From a virus: a stretch of DNA of 64,000 nucleotides. The stretch's first letter is position 1. Each line of letters begins with the position of its first letter. The notes below the pieces were generated by a model that saw nothing but the letters and a program-made list of their open reading frames with translations, did no database searches and was not told the DNA's origin. The position numbers and the translations under genes were made by a program. Shown in pieces: positions 45,435 to 53,720 of the stretch. The stretch lies in IMG/VR virus record IMGVR_UViG_3300032240_003128; one strand, written 5' to 3'.

Positions 45435-46179
45435 AAAGAAATTTTTTAAACCTGTAGTAAACATATCACCGCCTGTTGAGAAACTTATCGACATTGTTGT
45501 CCCTTTTCATGAATGTTATGAATCTGTTACCAACCTTGTTAAAAGTTTATTCATGTATTCACCCAAAATCATAAATAAATTAATTTTGGTTGATAATGGC
45601 TCAGGAAACAAAGAATTCGCTTTGATGTATAGCGACCATCCTAAAATAAAAATTGTAAGAAGTGAAGTTAATTTAGGATTTGGCGGTGGTGTAAATCTAG
45701 GAATGAAAAATGCCGAAAAATTAATCGTTGTGGTAATGCACAGTGATTCTTATCTAGCAGATAAAAAATCATTATCCAATTTATACAAGGATTTTATTTC
45801 TTTGAGAAATAATGCTGTAGGAATGATGACTGCTATCAGCAACAATCCACAAGCAAATGAAAAAGTCCTTCAAAGAAAAGATGTAATTGATGAAGAACCA
45901 GCAATAATAAAAGAAAATTTTATACCAATGTATGGCTGTATTGTTGATTTGGCTGCTTGGCATGGTTGTCAGGGAGTGCCAGAATTTCCTTTAGCTTGGT
46001 TTGAAGATGAAGCTTTTTGCTACAAATTAATTAAAATGAAATACAACATAGCAGTTTCTTATAGAAGCTTTATTGGACATAAAGGTTCTATTACAGTTAA
46101 AAGTTTAGTTAACAAAAATAGAAAAAATTTAGAAACAATGAAATCAAATATTCAATTGCTTGACAAAATAAGAAAATAA
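45424..46179 (+). CDS. Glycosyltransferase family 2
   Basis: DIVVP, ILVDNGS, NLGFGGGVNLG, MHSD, FEDE. Confidence 0.85.
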   Translation: MITEKKFFKPVVNISPPVEKLIDIVVPFHECYESVTNLVKSLFMYSPKIINKLILVDNGSGNKEFALMYSDHPKIKIVRSEVNLGFGGGVNLGMKNAEKLIVVVMHSDSYLADKKSLSNLYKDFISLRNNAVGMMTAISNNPQANEKVLQRKDVIDEEPAIIKENFIPMYGCIVDLAAWHGCQGVPEFPLAWFEDEAFCYKLIKMKYNIAVSYRSFIGHKGSITVKSLVNKNRKNLETMKSNIQLLDKIRK

Positions 46180-46206
46180 TACTAAATATTAAAGGAGGAG
46201 TAAAAT

Positions 46207-46386
46207 ATGAATAATGTATTCACAAATACTTTGGTTTGCTTAAAACCTGATAATACAACTGCTAATATTGGAATCAGGCAATTTCCACCAAGTTGCCCAA
46301 AAATCAACTATAACAATCAGTGCAGCACTATTTTCAGTGCATGGCTTCCAGCCATTACTGTTTGTCGTCAGAGACTTTACGTTTAA
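46207..46386 (+). CDS. 59-aa Cys-containing protein (not in ORF track)
   Basis: TAAATA and a strong AAGGAGGAG Shine-Dalgarno; MNNVFTNTLVCLKPD...TVCRQRLYV. Confidence 0.6.
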   Translation: MNNVFTNTLVCLKPDNTTANIGIRQFPPSCPKINYNNQCSTIFSAWLPAITVCRQRLYV

Positions 46387-47245
46387 TATTTAATAATTTT
46401 CTTTTGGTTCTTGCAGGGATTTCACGAACCTTGCAAGAACCATCTTTATTTAAATTCTTCTGCTTCTGCTTTACAAATGTAGTACTATCTTTCTTGTCAT
46501 AATCGCTTATATTATTATTTCCACCGCTAGTAAATTTTTGCACATTATAGTCAATGTAAAATCTAGCAGCAGATTTTGCATCATGGCTATCATCATTTAT
46601 CATTTTGGTATTCATGTCCCAATCTGATGTAAAACTTTGTCTGTGTACAGGAACAAGTTGTGCAATTGGATTTTGATCATCAGGCTTGAATCGTAATGGC
46701 TTAAATTTTTGTGTAAACACAAGATTTATCCAAATGTCATATTGCATCCAATCTGTTTCTAAAATGCCTTCCATGACATAATATGGTTGCCTTTCAGGGA
46801 AATTAATTGGTGACCGTATTTGCATACACCAATTTGGCGATGTTTTGAAAATACATCCAGTGTAAACTTGAACAACACCGGCTTCTACTAGTCCATAAGT
46901 AAATTTCGATCTTCCAATACCAAGATGATTCCATTTTTCTGACTTTGCCAATTCAGGTGCTCGTAACATTCCATGAACGATTCCATAGTCAGAATCATCA
47001 TAGTCTTCATAATTCTTATATGTGAAATCTTTACCACCATGCCAAGTGATTTCAAAATCTATAGGTGGATATATCCAAAAACCCATTTGGTTTGCTATTT
47101 TGTATGGCATACACCATTTGATTCCATTATTATCAGCTGTGTTTTTTAAAGTTTTTTCAGCTTTTTCAATTCGGCATGCTTTTGGATGAGTTTTATAAAT
47201 TTTCAAATCTAAAGTTTCTTCACGCATTTTATTGCTCTCCATCAT
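46355..47245 (-). CDS. DUF6065-like protein
   Basis: C.P...ANQMGF.IYPP.DF...W.GG, G.IFKT, PIN, GILETDW, PIAQLVP. Confidence 0.65.
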   Translation of the reverse strand: MMESNKMREETLDLKIYKTHPKACRIEKAEKTLKNTADNNGIKWCMPYKIANQMGFWIYPPIDFEITWHGGKDFTYKNYEDYDDSDYGIVHGMLRAPELAKSEKWNHLGIGRSKFTYGLVEAGVVQVYTGCIFKTSPNWCMQIRSPINFPERQPYYVMEGILETDWMQYDIWINLVFTQKFKPLRFKPDDQNPIAQLVPVHRQSFTSDWDMNTKMINDDSHDAKSAARFYIDYNVQKFTSGGNNNISDYDKKDSTTFVKQKQKNLNKDGSCKVREIPARTKRKLLNIKRKVSDDKQ

Positions 47246-47342
47246 AAAAGAGTCATTTAAAACTACCATTGACAAGTCGAAAGTGTTTTTCGTATTATTC
47301 AGCACGATGGTTAGAAACCCATTGTTTTGAAAGGAGTCTCGC

Positions 47343-48593
47343 ATGCAAATGATTGACGTTGGAACCGGATTGTGTCGCATTCCTTTTTCATCCATCAAGC
47401 CTGCCAAGGAATTTGATGAGTTTGAATTTGGTTTTTTCAACCCTCGTATTCTTGATTCTAAAAATCGTGAGTACTATGGTTTTTCTCAAGAGGAAATCGA
47501 CAGTCTTAAAGATTCCATCAAGTCAAAAGGATTGATGGAAAATCTTCATGTCAACAACATCAATTCTGAACACATTTTAATCGATGGTCATCGCAGGCAT
47601 GAAGCAATCAAGCAGTTGCTTGAAGAAAATGCGCTTTGTTATGACCGGCACACCAATCAACATGTGCCTGCCAAAGATATCTATTCAGAAGTTATTGTTA
47701 CCATTCATCAACAATTAAACGCATCTCAATGCTTTAGTCGTGCGTTTGAGAGCGATTGCAATAAGATTTCTTTTGGAGAAAATGCTACTATCAGATTTGT
47801 TGATTATTGCATTTCCTTCAATATGCCAGAAAATAAAATTATTGAAATGTGCGGCAAAAGTATTTCTTGGCTAAGAGCCACAGCAAAATTATTGCAAAAA
47901 GTTAAAGCAGATTCTGATGTTAAAGAAGCCCTTCTTGACGGCAGAATAAATGCATCTGCCGCAAATTCTCTCATGGATATTGAGAATGAAGAAGAAAGGC
48001 AAGCAATTTTTGAAACAGCTTTGAAAAAAGCTGAAGAAGATTGTGCTGAAAAAATTAAAAAACAAGATGTTGCTATCTACAACACTAAAAGAAAATTGAA
48101 AAAAGCTGAAAAGCAAAAAGAAGAAGCTGAAGATTATGGTGATATCGAAGATGCAGATGCGTTAATCGAAAAGCATGCATCAACTCTTGAAGAACGTAAA
48201 CGTGAACGCAATGACATTGCTCCTCGCATCAATAACAAGAACCTTGAAGAAGCTATTGATGATATCGATGGTGATGTAGATGATTTAGACATGGGTCATC
48301 ATACCGATGAACCAACTACAAAGAAAAAGAAAGAACCTAAACTCACGATGAAATCAATTCGTGATACTTGGACAAAGGACATTGAAACCTCTATCAGCAG
48401 AGGTCACATGACCGATGAACATGAAACTATTATTCCAATTCTCAACAAGTGCTTTGCAGATATGGTTAAGGCAATGTTTGAGGAAAAGATTTCTTACCAA
48501 GATTTCATTTATCGTTGGTCAAATCAATTTATTGAAGCTGGCTTGTCAGCTAATGCAGGAGAAGATGTTGACATCAACGGTGAAATTGGTTAG
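47343..48593 (+). CDS. ParB/Srx-domain protein with coiled-coil C-terminus
   Basis: FNPR, LKDSIKSKGL, LIDGHRR; TTGACA..TATTAT promoter and AAGGAG upstream. Confidence 0.75.
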   Translation: MQMIDVGTGLCRIPFSSIKPAKEFDEFEFGFFNPRILDSKNREYYGFSQEEIDSLKDSIKSKGLMENLHVNNINSEHILIDGHRRHEAIKQLLEENALCYDRHTNQHVPAKDIYSEVIVTIHQQLNASQCFSRAFESDCNKISFGENATIRFVDYCISFNMPENKIIEMCGKSISWLRATAKLLQKVKADSDVKEALLDGRINASAANSLMDIENEEERQAIFETALKKAEEDCAEKIKKQDVAIYNTKRKLKKAEKQKEEAEDYGDIEDADALIEKHASTLEERKRERNDIAPRINNKNLEEAIDDIDGDVDDLDMGHHTDEPTTKKKKEPKLTMKSIRDTWTKDIETSISRGHMTDEHETIIPILNKCFADMVKAMFEEKISYQDFIYRWSNQFIEAGLSANAGEDVDINGEIG

Positions 48594-48607
48594 TTTGTGA
48601 TTAATGG

Positions 48608-48889
48608 GTGATGGATTGGGGAAAAATGTGGTACTACGCAGCAAAAGTCAGACTTCCTGACCCTCCATCTCAACTGATCCATCACCTGTATCGTGAGCCA
48701 GAAAAAAAATTATTTAACTTATGCATGAATAATTTGTGGTCAAAAAAGTGGGAAATTATTGTCTGTGAATTTGAAAAATGTGATCTTTTATGCGCTAACT
48801 GTCACGCTGAAATAGAAGATAAAATTTCTTCCAATAAAAAAAATTATCGCATGCTTTTATATCATGTTAATACCGATTCTGTTTATTAA
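48608..48889 (+). pseudogene. HNH endonuclease fragment
   Basis: HH...K.F...EKCDLLCANCHAE C-terminal HNH motif without a normal N-terminal CxxC. Confidence 0.45.
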
Positions 48890-48930
48890 TTGTTTTTAAA
48901 ATGCCAGTTAGCTGTAATATATAATCATAG

Positions 48931-49224
48931 ATGCCAATGTTAAATTGTCCATTCTGCGGTGGTTATCTTCCATATGTTTTGGAAGAAGGAATTGTTTTTT
49001 GCGGTAATTGTGAACGAATGGTAGAAAGTTCTTACACAAATAAAATGCTTAGTGTTTTCAGAGTGCTTAATAGAACAAGAGGAAGAAAAAACGATCAAAT
49101 CAAGCTTGAATGCAAGCTTGATGATCATTCTTGGAACATAGTTTTAAATGCTATTGATGAATGTCTTACTTTTCAAGAATTTCAACTTCTATTAAAAACT
49201 ATGTCATCGTCTTCATCAGATTGA
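48931..49224 (+). CDS. Zinc-ribbon protein
   Basis: CPFCG...CGNC. Confidence 0.6.
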   Translation: MPMLNCPFCGGYLPYVLEEGIVFCGNCERMVESSYTNKMLSVFRVLNRTRGRKNDQIKLECKLDDHSWNIVLNAIDECLTFQEFQLLLKTMSSSSSD

Positions 49225-49409
49225 TTTTTGTTTTTTTCTGGAATCAATTCTTCTCTTGCAATCACATAGTTTCTATCAGCGTCAATTCCAATTTTAACTC
49301 TTCCTGTCTTGCCATAACCTTGTATGCCGCAAATTGTTAAGGCAATTTCTTTGCCTTCCGGGGTCTTGATGTAAACTTTTTCATAAAGCTTGCGAGTAAG
49401 AACCAGCAT
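49182..49409 (-). CDS. csrA: Carbon storage regulator CsrA/RsmA
   Basis: MLVLTRK..E.V.I...VKIGIDA....I.REEL; AAGGAGAGG Shine-Dalgarno. Confidence 0.85.
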   Translation of the reverse strand: MLVLTRKLYEKVYIKTPEGKEIALTICGIQGYGKTGRVKIGIDADRNYVIAREELIPEKNKNQSDEDDDIVFNRS

Positions 49410-49513
49410 ATGTTACCTCTCCTTGGTGTCAGAAAGACACACTTAAATCTTCCAATTTAATTGAGTGTATCCAACTAATTTAAATAGGATTTATTTGGAT
49501 CAAGGGTATAATT

Positions 49514-49942
49514 ATGCGACACAACAAGAAAATTCCAGTTTTTGTTTACGGAACCCTTAAAAAGGGTGAAAGAGCACATAGCAAGCTTAAAGGTGCAAAA
49601 CTCATAGCTATGGCAGAACTTCAACCGGAATATAAGTTGCTTGATTGTGGAAGATATCCTGCATTAGTAAAAGCTGATAATGGTACTAATTATATTTCCG
49701 GCGAAATTTATGAAGTTACAAAAGATGTTCTAGAAAGTCTTCATGAATATGAAGGTGTAAATACCGGTTTGTTTTATTTTGACTTTCTTGCCTTGGAAAA
49801 CTTTGAAATTGTAAATGAACCAGAAAGCAATTTGACTGTTAAAATGTTTAATCGCAATTTAGTTTTTGGTTATTTGTTTGGTAACCAAAATGTAAATTTA
49901 CCCGAAATTGAACATTGGTCTATTGACTGCGCTTTAGTTTAA
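49514..49942 (+). CDS. Gamma-glutamylcyclotransferase (AIG2-like)
   Basis: VFVYGTLKKG, YPALV, GEIYEV, L.EYEG. Confidence 0.85.
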   Translation: MRHNKKIPVFVYGTLKKGERAHSKLKGAKLIAMAELQPEYKLLDCGRYPALVKADNGTNYISGEIYEVTKDVLESLHEYEGVNTGLFYFDFLALENFEIVNEPESNLTVKMFNRNLVFGYLFGNQNVNLPEIEHWSIDCALV

Positions 49943-49954
49943 ATGATTGGTTTG

Positions 49955-50815
49955 TCAAAGTATCAAATTTTTTCCTCGATAGGTATGCCAATCAGATTTA
50001 TTTTTATACAAATCTAGATTTGAATGGTATTCTGTAAATCTTTTAGTTTTTTCACCAAACCAATTTGTGTGATCTTTGATGATTTTGTTGTAATTGTTAT
50101 AAAGATATGTTTTTTCTGGTTCTGCTAGCCACAGAATTAGATCCTCATTTGGTATCCCCCACAATTTTCTTTTTACTAGATTTTTTTCTTCATAGTTTAA
50201 ATTTTTAATAGAAATTAATTTTTCCTTGTACTTGAAGATAAATTTATTTGAATACAGTCCTATTGACATAGATTGCCAACTTCGAAGAGCTACTTTTTCA
50301 ACATATTCTGGGACATGGAGCATTGAATTTTTGAATCTTGGTCCAACTTTACATGTATCATGAATAAAGAACCAAAATGGACTTGAAAGATCAGATTCAA
50401 TAATGTCAATAAACGCTGAATTCTCAAATGAATTGTGATCAAGAAATCTAAATTCAATATCGCTGTGATATTTTTGATAGGATTTTTCATTTCCTGCTAT
50501 AAAAACTATTATATTTGTTTTTTTAATTCCATGTTTAACCAATGATGGCAATATTATTGGAAGTGTTTTTTTATAGAACTTTTCATGACTTCCTACTGCT
50601 ATTTTAACTTCATTTTCATCAAGTGGCTTGCTGTCAGGATAATTTGTACTATTTATTATCCTTGGTCCAGATATGAAATCTTTTCTTTCTTGACAACTTA
50701 GTATATCTTCATTTAAAGTATTAGACGATTTGCTAACATAATATTTAATATCATCTTCATTAGGATATCTTCCTAGAAACGTAATAAACATTTTTTTGAT
50801 TTTTTCTTTCGTCAT
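49955..50815 (-). CDS. Possible glycosyltransferase-like protein
   Basis: FLGRYP N-terminal module; WFFIHDTC motif; lies next to the glycosylation cluster. Confidence 0.4.
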   Translation of the reverse strand: MTKEKIKKMFITFLGRYPNEDDIKYYVSKSSNTLNEDILSCQERKDFISGPRIINSTNYPDSKPLDENEVKIAVGSHEKFYKKTLPIILPSLVKHGIKKTNIIVFIAGNEKSYQKYHSDIEFRFLDHNSFENSAFIDIIESDLSSPFWFFIHDTCKVGPRFKNSMLHVPEYVEKVALRSWQSMSIGLYSNKFIFKYKEKLISIKNLNYEEKNLVKRKLWGIPNEDLILWLAEPEKTYLYNNYNKIIKDHTNWFGEKTKRFTEYHSNLDLYKNKSDWHTYRGKNLIL

Positions 50816-50817
50816 TT

Positions 50818-51756
50818 TTATGCATTATTTTCTCTGTTCTCTAGCCACTCACTAAAACTAGGCATGTCGTATTCTTTCAACATGTATTTTTTCTTACTTT
50901 TACGCCATGTTCCGCCATGTTTCTTGTAATCTTTTGCTGCCCATGCATTTGCATAAGCTGAATTTCCTGTAACGCATGGTTGATCATTAACACTGGTCAC
51001 CCATGTGCCTAATGAAGTTTCTGGACACCAAACCATCTCGTTGCCAGACGGATGTATTTCAAAATTACTTAGCAAAGGCATCCCATTATCAACAAATAAC
51101 TTTGTATAAGATTGGAATCCCATTGTAGATTCAAGCAATAATTGATCGTTTTGTTCAACAACCCATTTGTGATCAAGAGTGGATGTGCAGAAATAATGTC
51201 CATCAGTGTAAATTTCATGCACAGGAGCATTCTTGTGAATATGTATATTCTCTATTTTAACAAACTTTCTTATTCTGTCATTTAGATCAAATGCAGCAAT
51301 TTCATCTCCCACTTTTAATTCATTGAAGTATTTCCATCCATCTTTAGTTAAAGCTGGATATGATACAGGCAAACATGGATACACATCAAATTTACTTTTG
51401 GCTTTTGCTTTTGATTTTGCCCATAATGCAGGATTGTTTGGTAAATTTTTACCTTCACTAAGATTTTCGTGGGATACCATAACTGGTTTCCTCCCTTTAT
51501 GATGAGACTTTTTCTTTTCAGCTCTGCGTTTTTGGGCAGTAGCCTTTTCTTTAAGCTCAGGACTCATTGCAGCGGCTTTTTTTGCTGGACGGCATTTGGG
51601 GTAAGCTTTCTTCTGATCGCCTTTTCTAGACCCCTTTTTGGCACTTGCACCGCATGGGGGATGTTTACCTGATTTGTCTTTGCGAGAAATGTCTATCCAT
51701 TTCTCATCAAACCATTTACCAAGACCTGAGTTTTTGTATGTTTCGTTAATATCCAT
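50818..51756 (-). CDS. Basic DUF5872-like protein interrupted by a mini-intein
   Basis: GLGKWF.EKW.D...CG...YPKCRP; KFDVYP|intein|SAYANAWAAK.YKK.GG.W. Confidence 0.75.
   Translation of the reverse strand: MDINETYKNSGLGKWFDEKWIDISRKDKSGKHPPCGASAKKGSRKGDQKKAYPKCRPAKKAAAMSPELKEKATAQKRRAEKKKSHHKGRKPVMVSHENLSEGKNLPNNPALWAKSKAKAKSKFDVYPCLPVSYPALTKDGWKYFNELKVGDEIAAFDLNDRIRKFVKIENIHIHKNAPVHEIYTDGHYFCTSTLDHKWVVEQNDQLLLESTMGFQSYTKLFVDNGMPLLSNFEIHPSGNEMVWCPETSLGTWVTSVNDQPCVTGNSAYANAWAAKDYKKHGGTWRKSKKKYMLKEYDMPSFSEWLENRENNA
50962..51375 (-). mobile_element. Mini-intein (138 aa, no endonuclease)
   Basis: Block A CLPVSYPALTKDGWK...LKVGDEI; block B STLDHKWVV; blocks F/G VWCPET...VTGN followed by Ser+1. 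Confidence 0.88.
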
Positions 51757-51800
51757 GATAACATTATATATTTACCTGCAAAAAAAATATTAATGACCTG

Positions 51801-51905
51801 TATAAATATAATTGGTTTCACATAGTGGTGGGCGTTTTTGCTGTTTCCTGCTCCGGTATGTGATTAAGGATTGTTCTGAAGATTAACAGCGTCAAGACAT
51901 CCCCT
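51801..51905 (+). ncRNA. Candidate small structured RNA
   Basis: TATAAATA upstream; GC-richer non-coding tract with GCTGTT/AACAGC and GGG..GTTTT/AAGAC..CCC complementarity; palindrome directly downstream. Confidence 0.3.
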
Positions 51906-51906
51906 G

Positions 51907-51933
51907 AAAACCGTAACAATTTGTTACGGTTTT
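51907..51933. terminator. Palindromic, probably bidirectional terminator
   Basis: AAAACCGTAACAA-T-TTGTTACGGTTTT. Confidence 0.7.
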
Positions 51934-51948
51934 ATTTTGGATAAAGTT

Positions 51949-52098
51949 ATGAAAGATTTTTTAGTTATTTGGCGAAGAGCCTTGGACTTAAATGAGAATG
52001 ATCACTGCTTAACAGTGATCATTCGTACATTCTTTTGGTTAGTCAATATAATTACATGTGGTTTTATAATGGCTAATTGCATAAGACATTGGAATTAG
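51949..52098 (+). CDS. 49-aa membrane protein (not in ORF track)
   Basis: MKDFLVIWRRAL...IIRTFFWLVNIITCGFIMANCIRHWN; contains a perfect 12-bp hairpin at 51996-52024. Confidence 0.55.
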   Translation: MKDFLVIWRRALDLNENDHCLTVIIRTFFWLVNIITCGFIMANCIRHWN

Positions 52099-53720
52099 TT
52101 TTTTGTCATTTCTACAAACAAGCTAATTTCAGGCAACATATCAATTGTTTCTTTGACAATTTGCTCATTTCCATTGCAGAATGTTTTCTTTTCAACAACA
52201 AATCCTGCTTTTTCACCCAACGTCTTTAAACCAGCAAAATCATATGCAATTTTATGTCCTTCAAATAGCAATGACCATAATTTACCTGATTCAAATTCAT
52301 TTCTAGCACAACCATCGTTAATTTCATCAAATATATTCAATTGATTGGCTTGATAGTACTTAATCAATTTGTCAGCATCTGGAACTGCAATGCGTAATAC
52401 AGCGCCTTTTTTCATGCAACGATAACATTCATGAAGGAAATTGGTGCCTTCTGTAACGGTTAAGTGTTCAAGCATATGGCTTGAATAAGCTAAATCAATA
52501 GTTTCATTTTGAAAAGGTAATGGATTTTGTGTGTTAATTGGTAGAAACTTGTATTTGTGCCTAGATGCAAAATCTTGTAAATTCAAAACATCAGTATTGA
52601 TCCATCCGTAATGGAACATATTAATAAAGCTGCCAAAGTTAACCTTAAGCTTATTGTCGCCAGCAGGAATGTTGACAGCAATATTTCCACGCTCTAAGTA
52701 TTCTTTGTCAACAACCAATTGCGTTGATGGCATTCTTTCAAGCCACCATTCCTTAGTTCTCAAAGTACAATGAGTTTTATCAAATCCATCATCATTTTCA
52801 CCAAAATCAACACCATGCAAGCCACGCTTGCTAACTCGATCCATTTCTTTCAAAACAGCATCAAGATGTTCTTCTGGAATATGTTCAAAAACTGCTGTTG
52901 AAAACGCTAAATCAAATTCTTTGTCTTTGAAATTCCAAGGAGTTTGACAAATGTCCCATTCAATTACATCATTGGTAACTCTGGTTAGTTGACAATGATG
53001 AGAAATTTCTAATCCTTTAGACCTAACTCCAGCATCATTGAATTTCTTGACCATGTACCCTCTAGCAGCACCAATCTCTAGAATAGATTCTGGATTGTGT
53101 TCCATTACTTTTTGATAAGTAACCCAGTGAACAGGATAATCCCAATATCCTTCATGAGCATAACCGCCAACTTTGCCGCCACCATTGAAATAGTGCTTAT
53201 CAAATAGACTTTTGCGATCTTCTTTTTTTGGTTTTGTAACTTCGATAATCATGTCTGTTCCCAATGCTCCATGTGGTAAAACTACTATGTTTTCAAACCC
53301 TGCTTCACGCATTAGCTTGATTGCATAAACAGGACAAAGACTGTTTCTGTGCGTGTTTTCATCATAATTCTGATCACCAAATATAATGGAAGAACTGTCA
53401 TCATCCCATTCTTCTTGATTCAATACCCATTCCATTTGTCTTTTTGTGTTAGCTGTTATAAAAACAGCTTTACCACCATCACGAAGAATCCTAAATACTT
53501 CTGAAATAAAAAGTTTGACTTTACGCCAAGAAAGATGTTCAATGCAATAACAACTAAAAACACCATCGTATGTGGAATTTGTAAGAGGCAAAGATTGATT
53601 GAAATCAGCCACTACATCTACAGTGTCACCAGAGCGAACATCAACATTTGGACGGAAGTAAGGATTGTCTCCTCCACCCAATTCAATTACATTTTTCGTA
53701 AACGGAAAAGTATAACTCAT
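52095..53720 (-). CDS. Protein with three tandem class I SAM-methyltransferase domains
   Basis: IELGGG..IEHL..RILRDGG; LEIGAARG..FEHIP; NFGS..HMLEHL..RCMKKGA. Confidence 0.8.
   Translation of the reverse strand: MSYTFPFTKNVIELGGGDNPYFRPNVDVRSGDTVDVVADFNQSLPLTNSTYDGVFSCYCIEHLSWRKVKLFISEVFRILRDGGKAVFITANTKRQMEWVLNQEEWDDDSSSIIFGDQNYDENTHRNSLCPVYAIKLMREAGFENIVVLPHGALGTDMIIEVTKPKKEDRKSLFDKHYFNGGGKVGGYAHEGYWDYPVHWVTYQKVMEHNPESILEIGAARGYMVKKFNDAGVRSKGLEISHHCQLTRVTNDVIEWDICQTPWNFKDKEFDLAFSTAVFEHIPEEHLDAVLKEMDRVSKRGLHGVDFGENDDGFDKTHCTLRTKEWWLERMPSTQLVVDKEYLERGNIAVNIPAGDNKLKVNFGSFINMFHYGWINTDVLNLQDFASRHKYKFLPINTQNPLPFQNETIDLAYSSHMLEHLTVTEGTNFLHECYRCMKKGAVLRIAVPDADKLIKYYQANQLNIFDEINDGCARNEFESGKLWSLLFEGHKIAYDFAGLKTLGEKAGFVVEKKTFCNGNEQIVKETIDMLPEISLFVEMTKN

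Noticed and set aside
51826-51905. SRP RNA on the minus strand (CCGGAGCAGGAAACAGC)
   Set aside because: Only superficial similarity; the conserved domain IV loop pairing cannot be formed
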